From Pseudomonadota bacterium (GTDB lineage Bacteria > Pseudomonadota > Alphaproteobacteria > UBA8366): DNA of 64,000 nucleotides. The notes beneath the pieces are model-generated. The model worked only from the letters and a program-made list of their open reading frames with translations, ran no database searches and was not told the origin of the DNA. Of the stretch, positions 37,741-49,080 are shown one piece after another (the stretch's first letter is position 1; every line of letters begins with the position of its first letter). The translations under genes were made by a program, and so were the position numbers. The stretch lies in contig JAYZAS010000004.1 in NCBI GenBank assembly GCA_036339585.1, positions 318,773 through 382,772 on the forward strand. The letters run 5' to 3'.

Positions 37741-37748
37741 CTGAGTTT

Positions 37749-38564
37749 TTAATCTTCAAAGCCTAGAACGGCCTTCATAGAGTACAACCCGGGTGGTTTC
37801 CCTCGGCTCCAAAGAGCAGCGCGCACTGCCCCAGCAGCGAATATTACTCTAGATGCCGCTTTGTGCGTAAGCTCTATGCGCTCACCAGCTCCAGAGAAAA
37901 CTACAGTATGGTCGCCGACTACATCACCTCCACGTAGGGAGGCAAAGCCAATTTCGCCTGAAGTACGCGGACCAGTGTGCCCATCTCTTATCGTCTTTTT
38001 TACATCACTCAGACGAACAGAACGGCCAGCAGCAGCAGCCTCACCAAGCCCTAATGCAGTTCCTGATGGTGCGTCGACCTTATGCCGATGGTGCATTTCT
38101 ACAATCTCAATATCAAATTCATCATCCAACATACCGGCGACACGCTCAGTGAGAGCGAGTAATAAAGTTACACCCACACTCATATTTGGAGCACGGACTA
38201 TCACGGTCTTGGCTGATGCCTCCAATAGTGCGACCTCATCGCCATCACTGAGACCTGTTGTTCCCGCAATTAATGCGGTACCCGCTCTCATACACAAATT
38301 CGCGTGGGACACAGTCACGGCCGGTGAAGTGAAGTCGATGACTGCATCGGCATCCGCCACAAGCTTTTCGGAATCTGCTGTCAAAGGTACGCCGATATTA
38401 CCGATACCCGACACCTCGCCAGCATCATGTCCTAGTGCCGAGTGACCAGAAACCTCTGTAGCCCCACTGACTGAGCACCCTTGCCACTCAGATACTTGCC
38501 GCACACACATCTGACCCATGCGGCCGGCGGCTCCTACAATGCCTATTTTCATGTCATCAACCAT
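37749..38564 (-). CDS. dapB: 4-hydroxy-tetrahydrodipicolinate reductase
   Basis: Contains KIGIVGAAGRMG and EMHHRHKVDAPSGTA. Start set at ATG 38564 (GAGG 6 nt upstream); the track uses GTG 38576. Confidence 0.92.
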   Translation of the reverse strand: MVDDMKIGIVGAAGRMGQMCVRQVSEWQGCSVSGATEVSGHSALGHDAGEVSGIGNIGVPLTADSEKLVADADAVIDFTSPAVTVSHANLCMRAGTALIAGTTGLSDGDEVALLEASAKTVIVRAPNMSVGVTLLLALTERVAGMLDDEFDIEIVEMHHRHKVDAPSGTALGLGEAAAAGRSVRLSDVKKTIRDGHTGPRTSGEIGFASLRGGDVVGDHTVVFSGAGERIELTHKAASRVIFAAGAVRAALWSRGKPPGLYSMKAVLGFED

Positions 38565-38639
38565 TTTTGACCTCACATTTTTTCGGTAATGATGCCGTGG
38601 GTGAAGTTCTTACAACGGTATTTGAAAAATAAACATTAT

Positions 38640-39782
38640 TTAATCGGTTAGGTCGTCCCAAATTTCTTTTACTTTACTAAGAAAACCCTCTGACATGGGG
38701 CTTTGCGTAGCTTTTTCTCCCGACCCCTCAAACTCTTCTAACAATTCTTTTTGTCTCTTTGTGAGATTGACAGGTGTCTCAACTGTTATCTCGACGTACA
38801 TATCCCCACGCCCTTTTCCATTTAGAATGGTCATGCCCTTGCCTTTGAGCCGAAATTGTTGTCCGGTCTGAGTACCGTCGGGTATATTCATCTTAGCCTT
38901 ATTACCATTAATCGTTGGAACCTCTATAGATCCACCGATAGCCCCAGTAGTCATTGGAATTGGGATACGGCAAAATACATCTGCACCCTCCCGCTCAAAA
39001 ATACGGTGGCTGTCCACACTCAGAAATACATACAAATCTCCTGCTGGTGAACCCTGAAGCCCCGCCTCGCCTTCGCCAGATAGGCGTATACGAGTCCCAT
39101 CTTCGACCCCGGGCGGTATATTAACGGATAGCTTTTTATCCTTATGAACCCTGCCTGAACCTCCGCAGTTGCCACAAGGTTTTTCTATAACTTGGCCTCG
39201 TCCTTGGCATTGTGGGCACGTGCGTTCAACAGTAAAAAAGCCTTGCTGGCTCCTGACTTTTCCGACGCCACCGCAAGTATTACAAACTATTGGTTGGGAG
39301 CCTTCAGCTGCCCCCGAGCCTCCGCACAGCTCGCAATGGACGGTCGTCGGAACACCAATTTCAACTTGGCGACCGTTAAAAGCATCTTCTAAAGATATTG
39401 AGAGGTTGTATCTTAAATCGGCTCCACGCGCTCCAGATCCTTGCCGGCCGCCCCGGCGACCACCGCCCATAAAATCTCCGAACATCTCATCGAAAATATC
39501 GGAGAACCCGCCGGAAAACTCGGGTCCGCTGCCTCCGGGACCGCGGCCATCAAATGCCGCATGACCGAACCTATCATACGCTGCCCGCTTATCGCCATCT
39601 TTGAGGACTTCGTACGCTTCGTTTATTTCCTTAAATTTTGTTTCGGCCTCTCTATCTCCAGGATTTCGATCAGGGTGATATTGCATTGCGAGTTTCCGAT
39701 AGGCCCTTTTGAGACCATCTGGGTCACAATCACGTTGTACGCCAAGCAATTCGTAATAGTCACTCTTATCCATCGCGCTCAA
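38640..39782 (-). CDS. dnaJ: molecular chaperone DnaJ
   Basis: J domain (DYYELLGV...HPDRN), a G/F region and four CxxCxGxG zinc-finger repeats. Confidence 0.96.
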   Translation of the reverse strand: MSAMDKSDYYELLGVQRDCDPDGLKRAYRKLAMQYHPDRNPGDREAETKFKEINEAYEVLKDGDKRAAYDRFGHAAFDGRGPGGSGPEFSGGFSDIFDEMFGDFMGGGRRGGRQGSGARGADLRYNLSISLEDAFNGRQVEIGVPTTVHCELCGGSGAAEGSQPIVCNTCGGVGKVRSQQGFFTVERTCPQCQGRGQVIEKPCGNCGGSGRVHKDKKLSVNIPPGVEDGTRIRLSGEGEAGLQGSPAGDLYVFLSVDSHRIFEREGADVFCRIPIPMTTGAIGGSIEVPTINGNKAKMNIPDGTQTGQQFRLKGKGMTILNGKGRGDMYVEITVETPVNLTKRQKELLEEFEGSGEKATQSPMSEGFLSKVKEIWDDLTD

Positions 39783-39867
39783 CCACCGATAGACCGAGGG
39801 GAAAAACCAGAAAAGGATGCTTGCTTAAGCAACATACCATCTTGTCCAAGGGCTCTGGAGATAACCA

Positions 39868-41820
39868 TCAGGACCCAGTCTTTTTCTCTTTTCCTTCTAC
39901 TTTCTCATCGACCTCCTCGAAATCAACATCAACTACATCATCAGCCTTGGGACCTTCACCGCCGGCGCCTTCCGAACCCTCGCCAGAACTATTAGAAGAT
40001 GCTGCCGCTTCTTCTTGGCTTGCCTTATACATCGCCTCGCCGAGCTTCATCGAAGATTGAGTTAAAGCCTCAACCCCTTTTGTTATGGCATCTACGTCGT
40101 CGGCTTCAAGCGCCTCCTTGAGAACAGATACATCCTGCTCAATGGTTTCTTTTTCAGACTTACCTATCTGCTCACCGAATTCCTCCAAGCTTTTTTCCGT
40201 CGAGTAAACGAGACTGTCGGCATTATTTTTCGCTTCGGTGAGTTCCCGTCGTTTTTTGTCCTCGCCTGCGTGTTCCTCTGCCTCGCTTACCATTTTCTCT
40301 ATGTCGTCATCTGAAAGGCCGCCAGAAGCTTGGATGCGAATCTGCTGCTCCTTTCCGGTAGCCTTGTCTTTTGCCGACACGTTGACAATGCCGTTCGCAT
40401 CAATGTCAAACGTCACCTCAATTTGTGGCATTCCGCGCGGAGCGGATGGAATGCCCACCAGATCGAACTGGCCAAGAACCTTGTTATCAGAAGCCATTTC
40501 GCGTTCTCCTTGGAAAACACGAATCGTAACCGCAGTTTGATTGTCTTCAGCTGTCGAAAATACTTGGCTTTTTTTGGTTGGTATTGTGGTATTTCGATCT
40601 ATTAAACGGGTGAAAACACCACCCAAAGTTTCTATCCCAAGGGATAACGGTGTTACATCCAATAGTAGAACATCTTTTACATCGCCCTGCAAAACACCCG
40701 CTTGGATTGCTGCGCCAATAGCAACAACCTCATCTGGATTTACACCGTGGCTTGGATCCTTGCCAAAAAACTTCTTAACTGTCTCACCCACTTTCGGCAT
40801 ACGTGTCATTCCCCCTACAAGAATGACTTCATCTACCTCGCTGGGTTTCAACCCAGCATCCTTTAATGCCTGCTCACACGGTTTGATTGTACGTTGGATT
40901 AAATCATCGACAAGAGCCTCAAGTTTAGCTCTGCTGAGCTTTATGTTGAGATGTTTTGGACCGGATTGGTCTGCAGTGATGAACGGAAGGTTCACATCCG
41001 TTTCAACTGCACTTGAAAGCTCAACCTTAGATTTTTCCCCCGCTTCCTTGAGCCGTTGCAAGGCTAATTTGTCGTCCCGCAAATCAATGCCATGTTCTTT
41101 TTTGAACTCATCGGCAAGATAATCAACAACACGCTGATCGAAATCCTCCCCACCTAAAAAAGTATCACCGTTGGTAGATTTAACCTCAAAAACACCATCA
41201 CCAATCTCAAGAACAGAAACATCAAAGGTACCGCCACCTAGGTCATACACTGCTATGGTGCCAGCACCCTTTTTATCTAAACCGTATGCCAGTGATGCCG
41301 CTGTAGGTTCATTTATAATACGTAAGACTTCTAAACCGGCGATCTTGCCCGCATCCTTTGTTGCCTGACGTTGAGAATCATTAAAATAAGCCGGTACAGT
41401 GATTACCGCCTGCTCGACCTTCTCGCCTAAGTAAGCCTCAGCTGTATCTTTCATTTTCTGAAGAACAAAAGCGCTTATTTGGCTCGGTGCATATTTTTCT
41501 CCACTACATTCTACCCAAGCATCACCATTCTCACCATCAACGATACTAAATGGCGCCAAATCTCTATCTTTTTTTACCTCAGCATCCGTAAATCGCCTTC
41601 CAATGAGTCTCTTGATAGAAAAAAAGGTGTTCTCAGGGTTTGATACGGCTTGTCTTTTTGCCGCTTGTCCCACGAGCCGCTCCCCAGAGTCAGTAAATGC
41701 TACCATCGATGGCGTCGTGCGGAACCCCTCAGCATTTTCAATGACTTTTGCTTGTTTTCCTTCCATCACTGCCACACACGAATTCGTGGTGCCCAAATCA
41801 ATGCCAATAACTTTACCCAT
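39868..41820 (-). CDS. dnaK: molecular chaperone DnaK
   Basis: Contains [23 protein letters not shown] and [13 protein letters not shown]. Confidence 0.97.
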   Translation of the reverse strand: MGKVIGIDLGTTNSCVAVMEGKQAKVIENAEGFRTTPSMVAFTDSGERLVGQAAKRQAVSNPENTFFSIKRLIGRRFTDAEVKKDRDLAPFSIVDGENGDAWVECSGEKYAPSQISAFVLQKMKDTAEAYLGEKVEQAVITVPAYFNDSQRQATKDAGKIAGLEVLRIINEPTAASLAYGLDKKGAGTIAVYDLGGGTFDVSVLEIGDGVFEVKSTNGDTFLGGEDFDQRVVDYLADEFKKEHGIDLRDDKLALQRLKEAGEKSKVELSSAVETDVNLPFITADQSGPKHLNIKLSRAKLEALVDDLIQRTIKPCEQALKDAGLKPSEVDEVILVGGMTRMPKVGETVKKFFGKDPSHGVNPDEVVAIGAAIQAGVLQGDVKDVLLLDVTPLSLGIETLGGVFTRLIDRNTTIPTKKSQVFSTAEDNQTAVTIRVFQGEREMASDNKVLGQFDLVGIPSAPRGMPQIEVTFDIDANGIVNVSAKDKATGKEQQIRIQASGGLSDDDIEKMVSEAEEHAGEDKKRRELTEAKNNADSLVYSTEKSLEEFGEQIGKSEKETIEQDVSVLKEALEADDVDAITKGVEALTQSSMKLGEAMYKASQEEAAASSNSSGEGSEGAGGEGPKADDVVDVDFEEVDEKVEGKEKKTGS

Positions 41821-41953
41821 TCGACCCTCGTTTATTTACGATAACAGCGTTATCTAGTGCATATTCGCAATACTACGCTAATGTTTACCTAATCCCATTT
41901 AGACCTAATCAGTCCCAAAAGTTGGTTGCTTAGTGAATTAATTGCGTCTGGGC

Positions 41954-41985
41954 CACATATAGGTATGTGTCTGGTCTACTGCAAC
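41954..41985 (-). promoter_or_regulatory. candidate RpoH (sigma-32)-type promoter for dnaKJ
   Basis: Minus-strand sense reads GTTG-N18-CCTATATGTG. The alphaproteobacterial heat-shock consensus, as I recall it, is CTTG-N17-CYTATNTNNG. The -10 part matches at every specified position and the -35 at 3 of 4. It lies about 130 nt upstream of the dnaK ATG. Confidence 0.3.
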
Positions 41986-42169
41986 CTTCCACCATAAAGA
42001 AAATCATGTTCTTGCCATTATAAATTAGAAACACACCAAGCAGGGGCAACCAACGAGACTTTTGCCTCTAACACCACTCGGGCAGAAACAGGTGTTTTTA
42101 AATCAGATTGTGTGACTTATTCTTTTACCTCAGATAGTTTTGCTAAATATATATACCACCAGTAATCGG

Positions 42170-42820
42170 TTATGCACTGGTATCAACTCGATCAGCCTTA
42201 TCGGATGGATCCTCAGAGGTCTCTTTTGAGACAGCAACCATTGCCGGACGTAGCAGCCGGTCGTGCATGACATATCCAGGTTGAAGTAATTCAACGATGG
42301 TGCCTGTTGGCTGACCTGTGTCCTCGACTTCATACATTGCCTGATGAAAATCATGATTAAATTTCTCACCCATTGGCTGTAACTTTGTTACTCCATGTTT
42401 CTCGAAGACATCTAACATTTCTTTTTCAACCATTTGCACTCCGACCACGAGGTTCTTAACTGTCTCATCTAATTCTTTGACATCCTCACCGACTGCTTCC
42501 AGGGCCCGATGCAAATTGTCAGAAACATTCAGCAAGTCCTTAACCAAATTACTAGAGCCATATTTCCTTGCGTCCATCACTTCGCGCTCTGAACGACGCC
42601 GGGTATTTTCAGCATCAGCGAGTGCACGTAAGCTGCGATCTTTAAGATCAGCTAATTCTCCCTCTAATTCGGAGATGCGCCCCTCCAAACCTTGATCTTC
42701 AGATTTAATAAGCTTCTCTTCCACAGCATCGAGGTTTGCCGAATTATTGTCGGCCTGATCACTCTCCTCTTCAGAGATGGAATTTTCTTTACTTTCTGAA
42801 GGTTCCCTTGTTTTTGCCAT
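42170..42820 (-). CDS. grpE: nucleotide exchange factor GrpE
   Basis: Acidic N-terminus, a coiled coil (RALADAENTRRR) and the C-terminal motif GYVMHDRLLRPAMV. Confidence 0.93.
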   Translation of the reverse strand: MAKTREPSESKENSISEEESDQADNNSANLDAVEEKLIKSEDQGLEGRISELEGELADLKDRSLRALADAENTRRRSEREVMDARKYGSSNLVKDLLNVSDNLHRALEAVGEDVKELDETVKNLVVGVQMVEKEMLDVFEKHGVTKLQPMGEKFNHDFHQAMYEVEDTGQPTGTIVELLQPGYVMHDRLLRPAMVAVSKETSEDPSDKADRVDTSA

Positions 42821-42833
42821 AACTTCTCCTATG

Positions 42834-43868
42834 CTATCCGATCAACCGACTCACAATTTTGGCGGTGTAGTCTACCATCGGTATGATTCTCGCGTAATTT
42901 ATCCGTGTTGGGCCCACAACTCCGATTGCACCAATTATTGCCTCGTTCCGGTTTTTGTATGGAGCGATTACCATGGAACAACCAGCCAGTGAAAACAACT
43001 CGTTTTCTGCACCTATGAAAATTTGCACCCCTTCTGCATCGTCAGCAGCCTCTATGAGACGGAGTAGTGCCTCTTTAGTCTCCAGAGCCTCAAATAATGC
43101 ACGTATTTTTTCTAATTCATCGAGTGCCGTTACATCTTTAAGGAGTTTTGCTTGCCCTCGAACAATTAATACTCCATCCTCACTATCACCGGACCATGTT
43201 GCCAAACCCGCCTCAACAACTTTTTGTGACAGCGTATCAATCTCGGCACGCTGAGTTTTGATTTCCAATGCCACATCGTTAGCTGCTTGCGAGAGGTTAC
43301 GCCCAATAAATTTCGCGGAAAGATAATTAGATGCTTCTATCAAGCTAGACGCAGGCAACCCAAGCGGCAAATCAATAATACGATTCTCTACGGTGCCGTT
43401 GTCAAATACCATTACTACCAATGCATGGCCCGGGCCTAGCCTTACAAATTCCACATGTCTTAGGTTTTCCTCTGATTTCGGCGCCAAAACTAATCCGGCA
43501 CAATTTGAAAGTCCGCCAAGAAATGAAGATGCCTCCTCAAGTACTTGGTTAACACTTCGTCCAGCTCCGACACATTTGGCCTCTATATCGTTGCGATCTT
43601 CAGAGCTAAGGTTACCGACCTCAAGCAGCCCGTCAACGAAGAGCCTTAATCCCTGCTCTGTCGGCAGCCTTCCAGCAGATGTATGAGGTGAATAAAGGAG
43701 ACCCAAGTCCTCTAACTCTGCCATCACGTTGCGTATTGACGCTGCCGACAGCGACAATTCTGATAACCTCGAAATTGTACGCGATCCAATCGGCGACCCT
43801 GTTTCTACATACGCTTCGACCACATGCTGTAAAACAGTCCGTGCACGCTCATTTAAGTCTTCAATCAT
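42834..43868 (-). CDS. hrcA: heat-inducible transcription repressor HrcA
   Basis: Contains PIGSRTISR, SAASIRNVMAELEDLGLL and a GVVGPTRINYARIIPMVDY tail. Upstream of grpE. Confidence 0.93.
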   Translation of the reverse strand: MIEDLNERARTVLQHVVEAYVETGSPIGSRTISRLSELSLSAASIRNVMAELEDLGLLYSPHTSAGRLPTEQGLRLFVDGLLEVGNLSSEDRNDIEAKCVGAGRSVNQVLEEASSFLGGLSNCAGLVLAPKSEENLRHVEFVRLGPGHALVVMVFDNGTVENRIIDLPLGLPASSLIEASNYLSAKFIGRNLSQAANDVALEIKTQRAEIDTLSQKVVEAGLATWSGDSEDGVLIVRGQAKLLKDVTALDELEKIRALFEALETKEALLRLIEAADDAEGVQIFIGAENELFSLAGCSMVIAPYKNRNEAIIGAIGVVGPTRINYARIIPMVDYTAKIVSRLIG

Positions 43869-43997
43869 ACTATTGGTATCTAATTACGTGCCATAGAGGC
43901 GTCAATCTGGGTGTATTTTTTTGAATAATCCGAACAAGCAGCTTTACGGTAGGCCTTTTATCAGGATAGCTTCCCACAAACAACTCATGGAGAATAC

Positions 43998-44708
43998 ATG
44001 CGCCCGTCTAAACGATTATTCAACCAAATGCGACCAGTTAATATTGAGACCGGTGTTTCAAAATATGCTGAGGGTTCTTGCATTATTAAATTTGGCGAAA
44101 CACACGTTTTATGCACTGCCAGCGTCGAAGAGAAAGTTCCGCCATTTCTTCAGAATTCAGGCCGTGGTTGGATAACTGCTGAATATAATATGTTACCGCG
44201 AGCAACCAATTCTCGTTCTAACAGGCGACGTACAGCCCAATCAGGCCGAACTCAGGAAATCCAACGCTTAATAGGCCGGAGCTTACGGGCCATCACAAAT
44301 CTTGAGGGATTTGGCGAGTTGCAAATTATTGTCGATTGCGATGTCTTACAGGCCGACGGAGGCACCCGCACAGCGTCGATTACCGGCGGGTACGTAGCAT
44401 TGCAGCTCGCTTTCCAGCATCTAAAATCCATCGGTCTGGTGAATGAGGTGCCGACAAATAGCCCGGTTGCCGCTGTCTCCTGCGGGATCTGGAGAGGCGA
44501 ATCGATATTAGATCTCGATTACTCGGAAGACTCCACAGCTGATGCTGATGCTAATTTTGTTCTCACTGAAAATGGCAAAATCATTGAAATACAGGGAACA
44601 GCGGAAAAAGATCCGTTCGACAGAGAAAAATTTAACGAGATGCTTGCACTTGCCATGAAGGGAATCGGCGAGCTTTGTGAAATACAAAAGCAAGCCTTGC
44701 AGGCCTAG
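43998..44708 (+). CDS. rph: ribonuclease PH
   Basis: Contains [15 protein letters not shown] and [17 protein letters not shown]. Confidence 0.95.
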   Translation: MRPSKRLFNQMRPVNIETGVSKYAEGSCIIKFGETHVLCTASVEEKVPPFLQNSGRGWITAEYNMLPRATNSRSNRRRTAQSGRTQEIQRLIGRSLRAITNLEGFGELQIIVDCDVLQADGGTRTASITGGYVALQLAFQHLKSIGLVNEVPTNSPVAAVSCGIWRGESILDLDYSEDSTADADANFVLTENGKIIEIQGTAEKDPFDREKFNEMLALAMKGIGELCEIQKQALQA

Positions 44709-44716
44709 GAAATAAA

Positions 44717-45313
44717 ATGCAGTTAAGTCAATCTGGTGAAAAGATCGTTATAGCTAGTCATAATGAAGGTAAAGTCGAAGAAATACGGGTGCTATTGAGC
44801 TTTACGGATTTGGAAGTTCTCTCCGCGAAGGAGCTAAACCTTCCAGAACCGGTGGAGGACGGGAAAACATTCATGGCGAATGCCGAAATCAAGGCTAAAA
44901 CATGCGCTGAAAAAAGCGGGCTGCTGTCGTTGGCAGACGACTCTGGGTTAGTCGTGCCTGCTTTGGGTGGAGCTCCAGGAATCTATTCAGCACGTTGGGC
45001 CGGGCCACAAAAAGACTTTTACTCAGCAATGAAACTGGTGGAAGACAAATTGCAACCCGGGGACAATCGTCATGCATACTTCGTCTGTGCCCTATCACTC
45101 GCCCGACCAGACGGTACTTGTTACACATATGAAGGTGAGGTGCATGGACAACTTGTTTGGCCTCCTAGGGGTGACCTTGGATTCGGTTATGATCCAATCT
45201 TTGAACCAGAAGGTTATAACCAAACATTCAGCGAGATTAACCCTGAATTGAAACACAAAATCAGTCACCGCGCTGCTGCCTTCCGGCTTTTGACTGTTTC
45301 CCATTTTGGTTGA
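44717..45313 (+). CDS. rdgB: XTP/dITP diphosphatase (RdgB/HAM1 family)
   Basis: Contains IVIASHNEGKVEE, FGYDPIF and SHRAAA. Follows rph. Confidence 0.92.
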   Translation: MQLSQSGEKIVIASHNEGKVEEIRVLLSFTDLEVLSAKELNLPEPVEDGKTFMANAEIKAKTCAEKSGLLSLADDSGLVVPALGGAPGIYSARWAGPQKDFYSAMKLVEDKLQPGDNRHAYFVCALSLARPDGTCYTYEGEVHGQLVWPPRGDLGFGYDPIFEPEGYNQTFSEINPELKHKISHRAAAFRLLTVSHFG

Positions 45314-46485
45314 TGACTAGTAGGTCAAAACCAACCCTCTCTCTATATATTCACTGGCCATTTTGCGAGAAAAAATGCCCATATTGCGATTTTAATAGCC
45401 ATGTTCGACCAGAAATAAACCAACAGAGGTGGAAGAGAGCTCTGATAAGCGAAATTGCTACGGAGTTCTACCTTTATCCAGACCGCAGGATCTCTAGCCT
45501 CTTTTTCGGCGGCGGTACACCATCGCTTATGGAGCCCGACACAATTGCGGCACTTCTGCAAGCAGTAGACCAATATTGGGGCTTGGAAGATAATGTGGAA
45601 ATAACGCTCGAAGCAAATCCCAGCTCAGTTGAAAAAACTCGATTTAAGAATTTCCGGTCGGCTGGTGTAAATCGGCTCTCAATAGGCGCTCAATCATTTG
45701 ATGACAATGCTTTGAAATTCCTAGGCCGGACGCACAACGCGCGTGAAGTTGTAGAGGCACTAGATCTAGCACGTACCACATTCCCTCGGTATTCTTTTGA
45801 CCTTATATATGGTCGACCAAGACAAAGTATGAATTCTTGGAAAGAAGAACTTACATTTGCGTTAGAGTTTACCAATAGTCATTTGTCGCTATACCAACTT
45901 ACCATAGAACGCGGGACTCCATTTTTTTCTAGTTACAGAAACAAACAGTTCAGAATGCCAAATGAGGATACTGCTGCCGATCAATATGAGTACACGCGGG
46001 ATGTTCTATCCTGTGCTGGGTTGTTCCCTTATGAGGTATCAAACCACGCAATTCCCGGCGAAGAATGCCAACACAATCTTACATATTGGCGTTATGGAGA
46101 TTATGCAGGCATTGGGCCCGGCGCTCACGGGAGGATAAGTGACGGTAAAGATAAATTAGCATATCACCGGATCTCAAATCCGGAGAAATGGCTTCTACAA
46201 ACCGAAAGAACGGGCACTGGGCTGCAAAAAAAAACCAAGCTCGCGCCCAGAGAGGTTCTACAGGAAATGGTATTTATGGGACTGAGATTAAGTGAAGGCC
46301 TCGATTTGGAAGACGTAAAAAAACAAACAGGCAATTCCATTCAAAATTGGGTCCACCCAGATATCCTGACGGTACTGATTGACGAGGGCCTTCTTGTTAC
46401 CACAGAGAACAAACTCCAAGCCACGCAGAAAGGGTTCCTTCGTTTAGACTCCATAACCTCGAAATTGCTTGCGAAATTAACTTAG
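45310..46485 (+). CDS. hemW: radical SAM heme chaperone HemW (HemN-like)
   Basis: Contains LYIHWPFCEKKCPYCDF (CxxxCxxC). Overlaps the rdgB stop by 4 nt. Confidence 0.9.
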   Translation: MMTSRSKPTLSLYIHWPFCEKKCPYCDFNSHVRPEINQQRWKRALISEIATEFYLYPDRRISSLFFGGGTPSLMEPDTIAALLQAVDQYWGLEDNVEITLEANPSSVEKTRFKNFRSAGVNRLSIGAQSFDDNALKFLGRTHNAREVVEALDLARTTFPRYSFDLIYGRPRQSMNSWKEELTFALEFTNSHLSLYQLTIERGTPFFSSYRNKQFRMPNEDTAADQYEYTRDVLSCAGLFPYEVSNHAIPGEECQHNLTYWRYGDYAGIGPGAHGRISDGKDKLAYHRISNPEKWLLQTERTGTGLQKKTKLAPREVLQEMVFMGLRLSEGLDLEDVKKQTGNSIQNWVHPDILTVLIDEGLLVTTENKLQATQKGFLRLDSITSKLLAKLT

Positions 46486-47888
46486 CGACCAAATTCTTGG
46501 AATGTACGCGGCGAACGTTTCAATCTGCGAAATCCGCTCTCGCGAACCTCAAGAATCGAGAATGCGCGCTCAGCAATCCCATCCTCACCTAATCGGAAAA
46601 GTCCATCAACCCCATCAAACCCGTTTGGATTCGTAAGGGCACGCCGGGAAAAATCAGGACCGCGGGGCGAACGCGCCAAAACAGCAGCTAACGCAGTAGC
46701 ATCATACGCAAGAGAAACTAGCCGTGGCGGCGGCTTCCCAAAAATGCGCGAGAAACGCTCTACAAAGGAACGTCGCTCTTGCATTGAGGGCGCCACGAAC
46801 CAAGCTCGATGGAGAGCAGGCTCGCGCTCAATATTGGGAATTTGGTCCCAGTTTCTGAGCCCTAGGTATCTCACTGCCGGCTGATCTACATCAAAAAAGG
46901 CCAATTGAGCCGCAAGAACGCTCATTGAAGGACCTGTATCTGGCAAAAGGATTGCGTCAAAGTTTACCTCTCCGATAGTGTCGAGGTTCTCCAGACGCTT
47001 TAATGCTTGCTTTGAAACTTCATCATCTTTGCCCTCAAGCATAGACCGTTGCTTAAGAAGCGCCTTCCGCCTGGAATCGTAATCGGAAATTGATCTGATC
47101 TCATTGCTAAAATCGTTCGCTCCAGGCTTGTAAAAAGCAGATTGGACTATTTCAAGTCCCTGAACAGATGTGATATTTTGAAGAGTACGGAATACAGTTT
47201 TTCCATATAAGTTATCAGGTGCCATAAGGGCAAGCCGCCTCAGCCCTCGCCTTGCCGCGTATTCCACTATAGTGTTCACTTGTTGGCGTGGCACAAAACC
47301 CATAATAAAAACGTTTTGACCTGCCACAGCGCGTGAATTTGAGAAGGCAACTATATTAATTCCAGAACCACCAACGACTGACGAGACCGCTTGCACCGAT
47401 TGCGCAAGCAATGGTCCCAGAATCAAACCTGCGCCATTTCGTAAGGCTTGCTCCGCGGCCAAGCGAGCGCCCTCGGGTGTGCCTTTTGTATCTAAAGAAA
47501 AAACGGTGAATTGCTCGGTAGCCATTTCAAACATTGCCAGCTGAGAAGCCTCAAGCATTGCATTACCCAGTGCAGCTTGTGCACCAGAAAGGGGCAACAA
47601 CAATGCCACTCTTATGTCACTGGGAGGCGAGGGGAGAGGACTGAGTAAAATTGTTTGAATGCCAATTTTACTACCAAAATTAGTTTCATTAGGAATCTCT
47701 TCTTTTGGTGGCACATGAGGTAAAAGTGGCGGAAACATTGGTGCTTCAGAACTGTGCGCGGTATCAATCGCTGAAATAACAAAAAATGAAAGAATCGGAA
47801 CTAATAGAATCTGAAAAACCGCCGATTTACATTTCGACCAACGTCTATGATGATAAAAACCGTGGCTTTGTAATTTTGATAAGATCAT
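46482..47888 (-). CDS. LpoA-like / periplasmic-binding-fold lipoprotein (penicillin-binding protein activator family)
   Basis: 468 aa with an N-terminal TM/signal segment and a type-I periplasmic-binding-protein-like body. It is divergent from rsmI, as lpoA is in E. coli. Confidence 0.65.
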   Translation of the reverse strand: MILSKLQSHGFYHHRRWSKCKSAVFQILLVPILSFFVISAIDTAHSSEAPMFPPLLPHVPPKEEIPNETNFGSKIGIQTILLSPLPSPPSDIRVALLLPLSGAQAALGNAMLEASQLAMFEMATEQFTVFSLDTKGTPEGARLAAEQALRNGAGLILGPLLAQSVQAVSSVVGGSGINIVAFSNSRAVAGQNVFIMGFVPRQQVNTIVEYAARRGLRRLALMAPDNLYGKTVFRTLQNITSVQGLEIVQSAFYKPGANDFSNEIRSISDYDSRRKALLKQRSMLEGKDDEVSKQALKRLENLDTIGEVNFDAILLPDTGPSMSVLAAQLAFFDVDQPAVRYLGLRNWDQIPNIEREPALHRAWFVAPSMQERRSFVERFSRIFGKPPPRLVSLAYDATALAAVLARSPRGPDFSRRALTNPNGFDGVDGLFRLGEDGIAERAFSILEVRESGFRRLKRSPRTFQEFGR

Positions 47889-47894
47889 TGTTTT

Positions 47895-48791
47895 TTGCTA
47901 GGACATCCAAGTATGAATTTAAATTACGATCTCAAGATTGGAGGTGGCGAAGCCCAACCCCTTGGTGGTTTGTATATAGTACCAACCCCGATTGGCAATT
48001 TACGCGATATTACACTTCGAGCAATCGATATTCTTGCCTCGGCTAACATTGTTGCTTGCGAAGACACGAGGATAACGAGGCGTTTGCTTAATGCCTATAA
48101 TTTACGCCCACGTGTGATTGCTTATCATGAACACAATGCACAAAGACAGCGCCCCCGTATTCTTGACATTTTGGCAACTGGTAAAATTGTTTGTTTAGTC
48201 TGCGACTCAGGAACGCCGCTTATTTCAGACCCAGGTTACAAACTTGTTCAAGCAGCAACCCAAGCCGGTTACTATGTGACGGCACTACCCGGCGCAAGTG
48301 CAGTTCTCACAGGCATCTTAGCATCTGGCTTGCCGACTAATAGGTTTTTGTTTGCTGGTTTTCCACCACCACGAGCACATGCACGGAGAAGGTTTTTAAC
48401 TGAATTCGTTTCCTGTCCTGCGAGCCTAATTTTTTTCGAGTCACCTAAGCGGCTAACTGCCTCGATTCAAGACATGTGGAATGTGTTTGGCGAGCGGCCA
48501 GCAGCGGTGGCGCGTGAGCTCACAAAACGGTTTGAAGAAATTGAGCGAAGTACCTTATCCAGCTTGGCTAAGAATTTAAGGGGCAAGTCAGCATTAAGAG
48601 GGGAGATAGTAGTAATTATCGGCCCTCCCTTACCAAAAATTGTGACAGATATTCAGGTTGATAGAGCGCTTAACGCGAAACTTAAAAAGACCGGAGTGAA
48701 AGAGGCTTCTTCAGCAGTGTCAAAAGCGCTAGGCTTGCCCCGCCGCTCGGTATATCGCAGAGCTTTGGAATTAAAGAACGAAGAGATATAG
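47895..48791 (+). CDS. rsmI: 16S rRNA (cytidine1402-2'-O)-methyltransferase
   Basis: Contains LYIVPTPIGNLRDITLRAIDIL, ACEDTR and SDAG-like CDSGTPLISDPG. Confidence 0.9.
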   Translation: MLGHPSMNLNYDLKIGGGEAQPLGGLYIVPTPIGNLRDITLRAIDILASANIVACEDTRITRRLLNAYNLRPRVIAYHEHNAQRQRPRILDILATGKIVCLVCDSGTPLISDPGYKLVQAATQAGYYVTALPGASAVLTGILASGLPTNRFLFAGFPPPRAHARRRFLTEFVSCPASLIFFESPKRLTASIQDMWNVFGERPAAVARELTKRFEEIERSTLSSLAKNLRGKSALRGEIVVIIGPPLPKIVTDIQVDRALNAKLKKTGVKEASSAVSKALGLPRRSVYRRALELKNEEI

Positions 48792-48902
48792 GTAATATAA
48801 TTCGTCAACTTCAAGCAAATATCATATTATTTTGTCGAGCTTTAAATTACATAAGAAATTTTCGACATACGTAGGTTGTGTTTTTTGGCGGTAATAATTC
48901 TT

Positions 48903-48950
48903 ACCCGGCTACTTTGCCCGAGATATACCCGGCTACTTTGCCCGAGATAT
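48903..48950. repeat. perfect 24-bp direct tandem duplication (2 copies)
   Basis: ACCCGGCTACTTTGCCCGAGATAT occurs at 48903-48926 and again, identically, at 48927-48950. It sits in the 289-bp rsmI / BON-gene spacer. Confidence 0.95.
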
Positions 48951-49080
48951 AACTGTCATACATTAGGCGTTTACCCTCGCTTTTCCCCTTAGTGCTAATG
49001 CCTGGCTCTTTCGCCGAAAATATTTTATCTGATAAACTCGCCGGTTTTGGTTTTGCCGATCGTTATAGGAAAATGTTAGC

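Noticed and set aside
42070-42100. Plus-strand hairpin AACACC-N15-GGTGTT followed by TTTA in the dnaK-grpE spacer
   Set aside because: It has a 6-bp stem with a 15-nt unstructured loop, and part of the T run lies inside the stem. That is too weak to call a terminator or sRNA end.
43869-43997. CIRCE operator (TTAGCACTC-N9-GAGTGCTAA) expected near hrcA or dnaK
   Set aside because: I read both the hrcA upstream region and the grpE-dnaK spacer (41821-42169) and found no match. In Alphaproteobacteria CIRCE is normally at groESL, which is not in this window.
48903-48950. The tandem repeat as a possible CRISPR or minisatellite array
   Set aside because: It has only two abutting copies, no spacers and no cas genes. 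I keep it as a simple duplication (see findings).
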